Source: a virus
Taxonomy: Duplodnaviria > Caudoviricetes
Reading direction: 5' to 3' (one strand)
Length of the DNA: 31,880 nt
Virus record (IMG/VR): IMGVR_UViG_3300044724_008370
Coordinates: 1-31,880 of that record
Position 1 is the first letter of the stretch, and the number at the start of each line of letters is the position of its first letter. The notes beneath the pieces are model-generated. The model made no database searches. It saw nothing but the letters and a program-made list of their open reading frames with translations, and had not been told where the DNA came from. Positions 1 through 9,200 of this stretch are shown one piece after another. Both the position numbers and the translations under genes were made by a program.

Positions 1-2
1 CA

Positions 3-293
3 CAGAGAGATGGTGCAGGTTCAAGATCAGGAAGAACTGATGTATCACAATATGGATGGAAAGAAATAGCTGTTCCATCATACATGCATAAAGATGGTTC
101 AAAAGCAATTGATGTTAGAGCTGATGGACATGCTTTTGTATACAGTACTTCTACCTACTATCCATGGTTTTGTACTGTTCTAACTCAAGATGGACGATTA
201 AAACATTTTGGTACATATACTGCATATGTAATAAGTGATGGTAGAGAAGAAGATGCGCGCGCTCTTGCTGACTTTATGTATTGGGGGTCGTAA
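3..293 (+). CDS. 5'-truncated C-terminal part of a putative RCC1-like/beta-propeller virion protein
   Basis: The frame of ORF 84..293 is open back to position 3 (QRDGAGSRSGRTDVSQYGWKEIAVPSYM...). Its CTVLTQDGRLKHFG resembles CAVMSEDGRIKAAG in ORF 811..3045. The TAA stop overlaps the next ATG. Confidence 0.55.
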   Translation, partial: QRDGAGSRSGRTDVSQYGWKEIAVPSYMHKDGSKAIDVRADGHAFVYSTSTYYPWFCTVLTQDGRLKHFGTYTAYVISDGREEDARALADFMYWGS

Positions 294-799
294 TGGCTAG
301 ATTAATTTTTTCTATAAATAATAATACAGCAGTTCCGTTTACTAATAAGTGGCCCGGTTGGAACTCTCAATATGTTGAAACTACTACAGTTAGTAAAAAT
401 ATAAGACTTGGCGATGGTACATTAACAACTATTAATGTTGATGATGACAATCCTGATTTCTTCACTGGAAATCCATTAAATAATTCATGTTTACATATAG
501 GTGACATAAATGATAAGAGTTATTTTGCAGTGAGAGATAGTAGTTTTGTTACATGGACAACTGCTGAAAAGACAGAATATGGTTATGCAGAAGAATCATT
601 ACCACTTAGTGAAGCAGATACAAACTTGCTTATATTGAAACCTGGTGAAGAATCCTCTAATACAGAAATATATACAGAAGCAGCTGATATTATATGTGAA
701 ACATTTATGGATCCTTTAACAGCAAATACAGTACAAGCACAAACAGATGCAGAGGCGTTTGGTTATAATTTTGCAAATACTTATACATTTAATGGTTAA
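293..799 (+). CDS. Hypothetical protein in fibre region
   Basis: TAATG coupling at 291-295 favours a start at 293 (MARLIFS...) over 281. No recognisable motif. Confidence 0.7.
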   Translation: MARLIFSINNNTAVPFTNKWPGWNSQYVETTTVSKNIRLGDGTLTTINVDDDNPDFFTGNPLNNSCLHIGDINDKSYFAVRDSSFVTWTTAEKTEYGYAEESLPLSEADTNLLILKPGEESSNTEIYTEAADIICETFMDPLTANTVQAQTDAEAFGYNFANTYTFNG

Positions 800-810
800 G
801 GAATAGAAAC

Positions 811-3045
811 ATGCATTTTGGCGGACAAAATTTAAATCCAGCAACTTTCAAATACACATGGAAAGGTGATTGGAAACCGCATGTTGTTTATGGCCGGCAT
901 GATGTTGTACGTCATAGAGGTAGAACATGGTATGCTAAAAGTGATGAAGGTGCTAATGAAAGATATCAAGGTTATTATTATGAGCCTGGTAAATCTACTT
1001 TCTGGGAAAACCATACTAACGGTAACGTAAACAGAGGTGGATGGAGTCCTCAAAGAACTTATCACAAAGGTGATTTAGTTTCTTATAAAGGTGACTGGTA
1101 TGTTTGTGTAACTGGTGGTAGAGGTATTCACCCAGTTTATGATCATGGTGCACTAACAAACAAATGGACTAGAGTTGCAAAAAGTCCAAGAATGTCTAAC
1201 CCTGGTAAATTTGTTCCATTAGTTGCTAGTCAATCTCCACTAGGTTGGGATAGGCATTATGGAACAGATGCTCCAATGCAGCAAGGAATGGAAGGATGCT
1301 ATCTTGTTGATTGGGATGGAAATCCTCACCTTTTTGGCGGAAAAGTTAACACAACAGGTGGTTTACATTTTCTTGGAACAAACAGCGCGCAGGCGAATTT
1401 GTTTGGTAGACGTGGTAGAACTCCCTCAATGCCTTGGACTGATTTTCTTGAGCATGATAAGCAACCTATTACTGGCCAAAATGAAATTATTCAAATAGCC
1501 TTAACAGGAAGAAGTGCTTGGTACCTAGCTAATAATGGTGAAGTTTTTCATTCAGGGGAAAATACAAATTCTATTGGCGGTACTGGTGATCATACTACAA
1601 GAAATTACGGTCCAAGCACAGTAGGTAAGGATAATAGCTCAACAGGTACAAATTGGAATACAGCTATTTCAGCAGGAACATTTAGAGACTCGTTTATAGT
1701 TAAACTTGCAACTTGCTCTACTGGCTATGCTGCTAATATCAATGGTAATTGTATAGCTTTAGATTCAGATGGTCAGGTTTGGACTTGGGGTGAACATACT
1801 TATGGTGCACTTGGTTATGGTTATCCTGAAAACGCCCCTGCTTTTGGTGCAGATTCAGGCACTCCATTTAAATTAGATTATAATATTTGGTTTAGTGGTT
1901 CTCCTATTATAGACATTTGGACTTTTATGGGACCTGATACATCCGGCCGACAAGGTGTTTTCGCTTTGGATAATAATGGTATATTATGGGCTTGGGGTGA
2001 AAACCACTTGAGTCAACTTGGTGTAGAATTTGATATTTTAAGAAGACCAATGCCTGTTTTTGACTGTGGTAAACACGGTGGACTGAAAAAATTGACTGCT
2101 ATGCATAATTATTATGGTAGTACAATTTTACTTATGAACGATGGTAGTTTACATATTTCTGGTTCTCGTAATGCTGACTCAACAGGTGAAGTATTTTTTG
2201 GAGGTATAAGTTCACCTGCAGATGCTAATGATAGAGTACCAGGATTTGCTGAAGTCTCTCAAATGTTTTATAATTCATATAAAAAGCAGTATCCGACAAT
2301 AGCCTCCATGGCTGATGTATTCCAAGATGTTCAGAATATATGGATGTCGGAAGGCAACAACGCTTTTAACGGTAATGTAGCATGGCAGAATTATGACCAC
2401 GATATCTTTGTTATTGGAGATGCTTTGACAAACTATCCAACATCCGGTATGTTTAGCCAAGAAGGTGACACTCGACAGCAAGTTACTGATCGCATTGATG
2501 ATGATGCAAATTCAGCAACCTTTCCTTTAATTTCTGACTGGTCTTCACTTAATGGACAGGTAGAATATCTACAATGGTGGGGTGGTTATGATACAGCTAC
2601 AACTGAAATTGGTTGTGCTGTAATGTCAGAAGATGGAAGAATAAAGGCAGCTGGTTCAACATGGACAGATGCAGATAACACTGGTATGGGTATTCAACAC
2701 TCCCCTAATGCTACAGGTGGTAATCACCAGGCATTTGAAACTGGAGGTAAAACATTATTTGCTGATGAAATGACACCAGTAAATGATTTAATCAACGGTG
2801 GGCCAACTAGCCAGCATTTTGGACCAATGTCTCAAAAAGCTACTCATCTTGGTGGTATTGCAGGTGCAAAAGATACATCTAGTATTGTTAATGGTGCTTA
2901 TGTAACTTTTTATGAAGATGGAACAGCTGGATTCTTTGGAAAAACGGCACTTTCAGTTGCTACCCCAATTGGTACCCGAACCAGCTTCACAGGTTCAACA
3001 GTTATTGATAGTGGTAGACAAACTGGTAGATTTAGAGCATTCTAA
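811..3045 (+). CDS. Putative virion protein with two N-terminal CBM5/12-like (chitin-binding-like) repeats and RCC1-like repeats
   Basis: N-terminal repeats WKGDWKPHVVYGRHDVVRHRGRTW and RGGWSPQRTYHKGDLVSYKGDWYVC. RCC1-type motifs ALDSDGQVWTWGEHTYGALGYG, ALDNNGILWAWGENHLSQLG and LANNGEVFHSGEN. AGGA RBS upstream. Confidence 0.7.
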   Translation: MHFGGQNLNPATFKYTWKGDWKPHVVYGRHDVVRHRGRTWYAKSDEGANERYQGYYYEPGKSTFWENHTNGNVNRGGWSPQRTYHKGDLVSYKGDWYVCVTGGRGIHPVYDHGALTNKWTRVAKSPRMSNPGKFVPLVASQSPLGWDRHYGTDAPMQQGMEGCYLVDWDGNPHLFGGKVNTTGGLHFLGTNSAQANLFGRRGRTPSMPWTDFLEHDKQPITGQNEIIQIALTGRSAWYLANNGEVFHSGENTNSIGGTGDHTTRNYGPSTVGKDNSSTGTNWNTAISAGTFRDSFIVKLATCSTGYAANINGNCIALDSDGQVWTWGEHTYGALGYGYPENAPAFGADSGTPFKLDYNIWFSGSPIIDIWTFMGPDTSGRQGVFALDNNGILWAWGENHLSQLGVEFDILRRPMPVFDCGKHGGLKKLTAMHNYYGSTILLMNDGSLHISGSRNADSTGEVFFGGISSPADANDRVPGFAEVSQMFYNSYKKQYPTIASMADVFQDVQNIWMSEGNNAFNGNVAWQNYDHDIFVIGDALTNYPTSGMFSQEGDTRQQVTDRIDDDANSATFPLISDWSSLNGQVEYLQWWGGYDTATTEIGCAVMSEDGRIKAAGSTWTDADNTGMGIQHSPNATGGNHQAFETGGKTLFADEMTPVNDLINGGPTSQHFGPMSQKATHLGGIAGAKDTSSIVNGAYVTFYEDGTAGFFGKTALSVATPIGTRTSFTGSTVIDSGRQTGRFRAF

Positions 3046-3078
3046 CAATAAATACAATAAACAAATAGAGGAAAACAT

Positions 3079-3642
3079 ATGTGGGCTTACGTTAAAAATT
3101 CTCAGGTAGTTAGGCTTTATAATAGACCTACCGCTTTGACGATTGGTGGCCTGCAATATCCAGCCAATATTTTCTCGTCGTGGACTGCATCTGCTCTCAA
3201 AGATATTGGTATCTATAGCTACTCTGAAACCGGAGCTGGTAGAACTGACTACTATACAAATTCAGGTCCTGTTTATACTGTAGATGATTCAGCAGGTACT
3301 GTTGTTGGTACATATACACCAACAGCAAAGAATCTTACAGATATCAAAGAAAGTGAAGTATCTGCTGTTAAGTTAACAGTTTCAAGTAAACTACAACCAA
3401 CTGATTGGATGGTAATTAAAGCTAATGAAGTTACCGGTAATACTGTTCCTTCAGTATATGCAACATACAGATCTGATGTACGTGCAAAAGGCAATGCACT
3501 TGAAACATCTGTAAATGATGCTGCTGATGTTGATGCAATTATTACTCTACACACTTCTACATATCATGCTAACGGTTCAATCAATGTTCTTGCTTCTATG
3601 CAAGACTGGCCAACAGATCCAGATGCTCCTGAGGATGTATAA
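3079..3642 (+). CDS. Putative tail fibre assembly/chaperone-like protein
   Basis: The C-terminal L..TDWMVIK...VP..YATYRSDVR and ...DWP motifs are typical of phage fibre assembly chaperones. GAGG RBS. Confidence 0.6.
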   Translation: MWAYVKNSQVVRLYNRPTALTIGGLQYPANIFSSWTASALKDIGIYSYSETGAGRTDYYTNSGPVYTVDDSAGTVVGTYTPTAKNLTDIKESEVSAVKLTVSSKLQPTDWMVIKANEVTGNTVPSVYATYRSDVRAKGNALETSVNDAADVDAIITLHTSTYHANGSINVLASMQDWPTDPDAPEDV

Positions 3643-3851
3643 TGTCACAGACTAAGATTCAAGGTACATTTCTAACAGACGACACTGTCACCGGTGCTAA
3701 GCTCGCTGATACCTTAACTGTTAGTTCAAATACAACCTTTGCAAATACCGCTGGAACATATACACTTCCAGTTATAAATTTTTCAAGCGCCAATGTTCAA
3801 GGCGTTGCAACAAATGGCAAAGCCATAGCAATGGCTTTAGTCTTCGGATAA
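3642..3851 (+). CDS. Small fibre/adaptor protein
   Basis: TAATG-coupled. N-terminal MSQTKI..L.DD.VT.AKLA and C-terminal GKAIAMALVFG are motifs I recognise from marine phage fibre regions. Confidence 0.6.
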   Translation: MSQTKIQGTFLTDDTVTGAKLADTLTVSSNTTFANTAGTYTLPVINFSSANVQGVATNGKAIAMALVFG

Positions 3852-3861
3852 GGATAAGTAA

Positions 3862-4227
3862 ATGGCAGCACCAAATATTGTAAATGTCAGCACTATTACT
3901 GGTAAATCTAATGGTGCTGTAATGGCTATATCAGCAAATACAATTCTCACTAACCCTGCATCATCAAATAAAGTGTTAAAAGTAAATACACTAATGATTT
4001 CTAATATTGATGGAAGTGCAGCAGTTAATGCTAATATTGATTTCTACGATTCCAGTAGTACAACAACATATTCTATTGGATCTACTATTTCAATTCCAGC
4101 AGATTCAACAGTAATCATTATTGATAAAAACTCTTCAATGTATCTCGAAGAAGGTGATTATATTAATGTATCGGCTGATGTAAATGGAGATGCTGAGGCA
4201 ATTGTTTCATATGAGGAACTTTCCTAA
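3862..4227 (+). CDS. Conserved marine phage virion-associated protein (MAAPNIVNV...SYEELS type)
   Basis: 121 aa, beta-rich, AGGA RBS. In my recollection this family usually follows a protein ending GKAIAMAxVFG. Confidence 0.6.
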   Translation: MAAPNIVNVSTITGKSNGAVMAISANTILTNPASSNKVLKVNTLMISNIDGSAAVNANIDFYDSSSTTTYSIGSTISIPADSTVIIIDKNSSMYLEEGDYINVSADVNGDAEAIVSYEELS

Positions 4228-5174
4228 TGTCAACTAGAGACAATGGTGGTGTAATTGGTGTTGTTAATGATCCAACATCAAACACCGCTACTGGTGTTTG
4301 GGGAATGAGAAGAGTAGAAAATTCAAGACGTGGAGCCAACTGGCCATTACCCGTTTTTACTGGTACATTTTCAACTGATTTTCTTGTAATTGCTGGTGGT
4401 GGTGCCGGTGGGTCTTATCGTGGAGGTGGTGGTGGAGCGGGCGGCTATCGAGAATTAACCTCACAAACTTTGACAGGGGGAGTAAATTACACAGTTACTG
4501 TTGGCGCTGGAGGTGCAGGTGTAGTCAGTTACAACAAGGGCACTGCTGGATCAGATTCTGTTTTTTCTACCACCACATCAGCAGGAGGTGGTGGAGGTGG
4601 TGCAGGAAATAGCAATGCTAACCTTAATGGTAATGCCGGTGGATCAGGAGGCGGTGGTGGCTCTGGAGACCCCGCAGGAAATGGAACCGGTGGCGCAGGA
4701 GATACACCAAGTGTATCACCATCACAAGGAAATAACGGCGGGAATGGTTCAACAGACGCGACCACATATCGCTCAGGTGGCGGTGGTGGTGGAGCAGGTG
4801 CAGTCGGATCTACTACAACTAATTCTTTAGGAGGAGCTGGCGGCGACGGTACAGCATCCTCAATTACAGGTTCATCAGTTACAAGAGCTGGCGGCGGTGG
4901 AGGTTCTGGTTACTCGGGTGGTCAAGAAGGGGCTGGCGGTGCTGGAGGTGGTGGATCTGGAGATGAAACAGCTGGTAGCACTAACACAGGTGGCGGAGGA
5001 GGAAGTACACTATCAGGTACATCTGGTGCTGGCGGCTCTGGAGTAGTCATCATTAAATACCCTGACTCCCTTACTATCAATCCCGATGTAGGTCTTACAT
5101 ATTCAACAGCAACAGCCGGTGGTTTCAGTGTTACAACTTTCACAGCTGGTACTGGAAACGTTTATTGGAGTTAA
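4227..5174 (+). CDS. Glycine-rich adhesin/fibre-tip protein
   Basis: FLVIAGGGAGG...GGGGAGG, repeated GGGGG tracts and a terminal GGSGVVIIKYP, the polyglycine pattern of phage glycine-rich adhesins. Confidence 0.75.
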   Translation: MSTRDNGGVIGVVNDPTSNTATGVWGMRRVENSRRGANWPLPVFTGTFSTDFLVIAGGGAGGSYRGGGGGAGGYRELTSQTLTGGVNYTVTVGAGGAGVVSYNKGTAGSDSVFSTTTSAGGGGGGAGNSNANLNGNAGGSGGGGGSGDPAGNGTGGAGDTPSVSPSQGNNGGNGSTDATTYRSGGGGGGAGAVGSTTTNSLGGAGGDGTASSITGSSVTRAGGGGGSGYSGGQEGAGGAGGGGSGDETAGSTNTGGGGGSTLSGTSGAGGSGVVIIKYPDSLTINPDVGLTYSTATAGGFSVTTFTAGTGNVYWS

Positions 5175-5176
5175 CG

Positions 5177-5563
5177 ATGGCACATTATGCATTTTTAGAT
5201 GAGAACAACATTGTTACTGAAGTAATCGTCGGTAAAAACGAAAATGAAGACGGTGTGGATTGGGAGCAGCACTACGGTGCTTTCCGTGGGCAGATCTGTA
5301 AGCGCACTTCATACAACACACATGGAGGGGCTCATTTTAATGACGGTACACCTTTCCGTAAAAACTACGCTGGCATCGGGTACTCGTACAGCACAACTCT
5401 TGACGCCTTCATTCCACCTAAACCATATGCATCATGGTTGCTTAACGAAGAAACCTGTTTGTGGGATTCTCCAATACCTCGGCCAGATGATGATTTAAGC
5501 TACTACTGGGACGAGGATTTATATCAATCTGACAACACTCAAGGCTGGGTTGCTGATAAATAA
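5177..5563 (+). CDS. Partner/chaperone-like protein of the glycine-rich adhesin
   Basis: ATG at 5177 with GGAG upstream is preferred to the TTG at 5165. Motifs MAHYAFLDENN, KRTSYN, FRKNYAGIGY, DAFIPPKPYASWLLNEETCLW. Confidence 0.7.
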   Translation: MAHYAFLDENNIVTEVIVGKNENEDGVDWEQHYGAFRGQICKRTSYNTHGGAHFNDGTPFRKNYAGIGYSYSTTLDAFIPPKPYASWLLNEETCLWDSPIPRPDDDLSYYWDEDLYQSDNTQGWVADK

Positions 5564-5581
5564 ACAAAACAGGAAAATGAT

Positions 5582-6202
5582 ATGGCATTATCAAGAGTAG
5601 CAAATTCATCACTAAATCAAACGCAGGAGTTTCACTTTACTGCAAATGCTTCTTTTGGTGGAGCCAATACGTTTTTTAGTGGTACAAAAACAAGAATTAC
5701 TTCTGCCAATACTTTTTTCTCTGGTGCTAATATTGTATTTGCAAATACTACTCATGTAAACTTTACTGGAGCCAACGTTGTTGGTCTTACTGGTCTTGGA
5801 GGAGGTAGTGTAGATACAAACACATCCACAAGATGGGAAAGGTCAATTACTTTTGAAAGAGTTGGTCTTGGTACTGTAGGCCTTGGTGCTGGTAATTCAA
5901 ACATTACACTAAATCTTGCTAATGGTAACTTCTTTGATATTACTGTAGGTAATAATATTGTTATCACTAATCCTCTAAGTATTGGTAATTCAACAGTAAG
6001 TAATGTTCAGAGTGGATCGATCTTCCTTAAACAAGATTCTACTGGAAACAGAACAGTATCATTTGGTCAGTATTGGAGATTCCCTTCAGGTGCTGCTCCA
6101 TCACTATCAACAGCTGCCGGCTCGCAAGATAGAATTGACTTTGTTGTCTTCAGTAGTAACACAATACAGGCCTCGGTGACATTAGATCTCCTAGGTACAT
6201 AA
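5582..6202 (+). CDS. Short fibre/adaptor protein
   Basis: Short ANTFFSG-type repeats, then a C-terminal domain LNLANGNFFDITV...GSIFLKQDSTGNRTVSF...WRFPSGAAPSLSTAA..DRIDFVV that is common at the end of marine phage fibres. Confidence 0.65.
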   Translation: MALSRVANSSLNQTQEFHFTANASFGGANTFFSGTKTRITSANTFFSGANIVFANTTHVNFTGANVVGLTGLGGGSVDTNTSTRWERSITFERVGLGTVGLGAGNSNITLNLANGNFFDITVGNNIVITNPLSIGNSTVSNVQSGSIFLKQDSTGNRTVSFGQYWRFPSGAAPSLSTAAGSQDRIDFVVFSSNTIQASVTLDLLGT

Positions 6203-6212
6203 GGAGTAGATA

Positions 6213-9200
6213 ATGGGTTTTGGTAGTGATACACTAAGGCAAGGTTCCCCACAAGCTATTGGTGCAACTTTTTTCAACAAGACAATTGATCAGTCATTAC
6301 GTTTTGATGAAAACAGTACTGAATATCTTGATTGGACACCTGGCAGAGACAGTACAGATAACAAAAAATATACAATATCTGTTTGGATAAAACTAGCACA
6401 AGGCAGTGCAGATTTTCGTGCTATATTTTCCTCAAAAAATGCTGGTGGTGGAACTGGTCAGGGTCACAACACTTATGCTTTTAATACCGATGATACATTG
6501 GCCTTATACACACAGAATGGTGGCGCAAACCCAACTAGTACAAAAAAATATCGAGACAATAGTGCATGGTACCACGTTGTTATAAGATATGACACCACAC
6601 AAGTAACTGATAAAAATCGAGTCAGGGTTTACATAAATGGTGAACGAGACAATAATTATACTGGAACTTTCCCTACTCTAAACAGTGTAATGTCTTCTGT
6701 TAACTACAATGCTCAGCCTCAACAAATAGGTAAGTATGTACCCGGTTACACCAATTACTTTAATGGTTATATGGCCGAATTTCATATGATTGATGGTCAG
6801 TCTCTTGGGCCAGAATATTTTGGCGAAAACAAAAACGGTGTGTGGATTCCAAAAGTTTATCCAGATAATGGTAACACTAGTCATGGGATCAATGGATATC
6901 ATCTAACATTTGAAGGTACAGGTACAGGAACTACATCTCAAGATACAACAGCGCAAACAAATATTGGTGATGACCAATCTGGTAATGGAAACAATTTTGC
7001 GGTATATGGATTAAGTTCTACTGACGTACTTCCTGACAGTCCTACAAATAATATGGCTGTGCTATCATCTGTAAACAAGTATACAAATGCATCAAGTAAT
7101 GATGTACGAGAAGGTGGGCTGGAAGAAAGAGGTAATAGTTCAGGATATGCAGGAACTGTTACTTTTGATGCAGAAGATGAAAATGGGTATTATTTTGAAG
7201 TAACACACACGGGTACTCCAGGTGGTGGTTGTACTCACGGTATGATGAATTTTACAGATTCAATAAATCAATATGGTGGAATTCCTGGTGACTCAGATAG
7301 ATCTGGTTGGTGGGGTGTATATAGAAGAGGTGCTGGTGGTAGTAATCAATTCTGGTATTATCTTGATGGTGTTGAAACAGCTACTTTAGGTGTAGCGGGT
7401 TCAGCTAATGATGTTTGGATGTATTTAATCAAGGCTGGTAAGTTTTATATTGGTCGTAATGGAACTTGGTTCAATTCAGGTGATCCCGATGCAGGTACTG
7501 GTTTTTATGATTCTGGACTTACTGGAACAGATTGGACTATCTTTAGTGGTAATGGTGTCAATGTAACAGGTGGACATAAAATAAGGGTTAGTAGAGATAC
7601 TTGGAGTCATGGTAATACTTCGTACAAAGAAATAAAATCATTAAATTTAGCAGAACCAACATTTACTCCACGAAACGAATCGATTGAAAACTCATACTTC
7701 TATACTGTACTATATGAAGGTAATGGTGGTGATCAACGTGTAGGTCAGTTCTTACCACTGAACGAAGTTAAAACAGTTAATAATGCTATTAGGTTTGAGG
7801 ATGGTGATTCTGCATACTTAACCAGAACTCCTGGATCTACTAGCAATCAACAGACATGGACATGGAGTGGTTGGATAAAAAGAGGCAATGTTGGTTTGGG
7901 TGCTAGAACCACATTGTTTTCTGGAAGAACCACTGGTACATCAAATTTATTTGGGTTTTTTAATCCTACAAGTAATGGTGCTGATGATACGTTTGGTGCA
8001 TATATGGGTGCAAATGAGGATGATAGATTCCAAACAACAAGAAAATTTAGAGACACTAGTACTTGGTACCATTTTGTTGTTGTTTTAGACACTACCAATG
8101 CCACGTCTGATGATAGGTTTAGACTTTATGTCAACGGTGTACGAGAAACGACTTGGACACGATTCGACACAATTACACAAGACCAAAACAAAGGCATCAA
8201 TGAAGCCATATCTCATAGCATTGGCGCGGAAGGCACAGGTCAAGTTTTTGACGGCTACATGGCCGACGTACATTTTGTAGATGGCCAAGCACTAGATCCA
8301 ACATCTTTTGGCCAAACAGATCCATCTACCGAAACATGGATTCCAAAAACATTTACCGGCAATCATGGTCAGAATGGATTCCATCTTGAATTCTTGAATG
8401 ACACTGTCGGTGCTGATTCTGCTAATACTAACTCGTTTACTCCAGTCAACTTAACAACTGCAAATACTGTTATTGACACTCCAACCAAAAACTTTGCAAC
8501 CCTTGATAATTCATATGCTGTGATTGGAGCTTCTGCATTATCAGAAGGAAATTTGAAAGCTGATGGTGCTGGTTTCAGTTCAACATTATGGGGTGGTGGT
8601 TTTGCATCTATTCCATTACCTTCTACTGGTAAGTATTATTTTGAATGTCAAGATACTGCAACAACAGGTGGCTTCTGGGGAGCTGGAGTTTGCTCTGAGC
8701 AAGCTGTACCTACTGCAACCAATGTTGGTGGGCCTGAAAGTATTACTTTTTATAACAGAAGTGTAATGTTAAATGGAACTGAGAATGATTATGGTGCATC
8801 TGCAGGTTTTGGTGGTTTAGGTGATGCAACATATGCAGCTGGTGACATTATGGGTGTTGCTGTAGACTGTTCAACAAGGGAAGTATGGTTTAGTCAAAAC
8901 GGTACATTTATTGATACACCAACAACTAATAATACTGGTACGCCTGGTAATCCATCAGCTGGTACATATCCAGTTGGTTCTGTTAATCTTAATGATTCCG
9001 AACCAATGAGATTTGTATTATTTGGCAGTGCTTCAAACATGATATGTAACTTTGGCCAGGATAGTTCATTTGCTGGTCAGATAGCTGCATCCGCTAATAC
9101 AGATGGAAGTGGTGGTCAATTTAAGTTTACACCACCAACAGGATTCAAAGCACTTAATGTTGATAATCTTCCACAAAGATCACAGGGAATTGCAAGAAGA

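Noticed and set aside
313-320. Exact TATAAATA inside ORF 293..799
   Set aside because: It is intragenic, ~490 nt from the next start and in AT-rich sequence; it could be chance, so it was not called.
4390-5045. GGT/GGA-rich tracts as DNA repeats or G-quadruplex elements
   Set aside because: They are fully explained by polyglycine coding with mixed synonymous codons.
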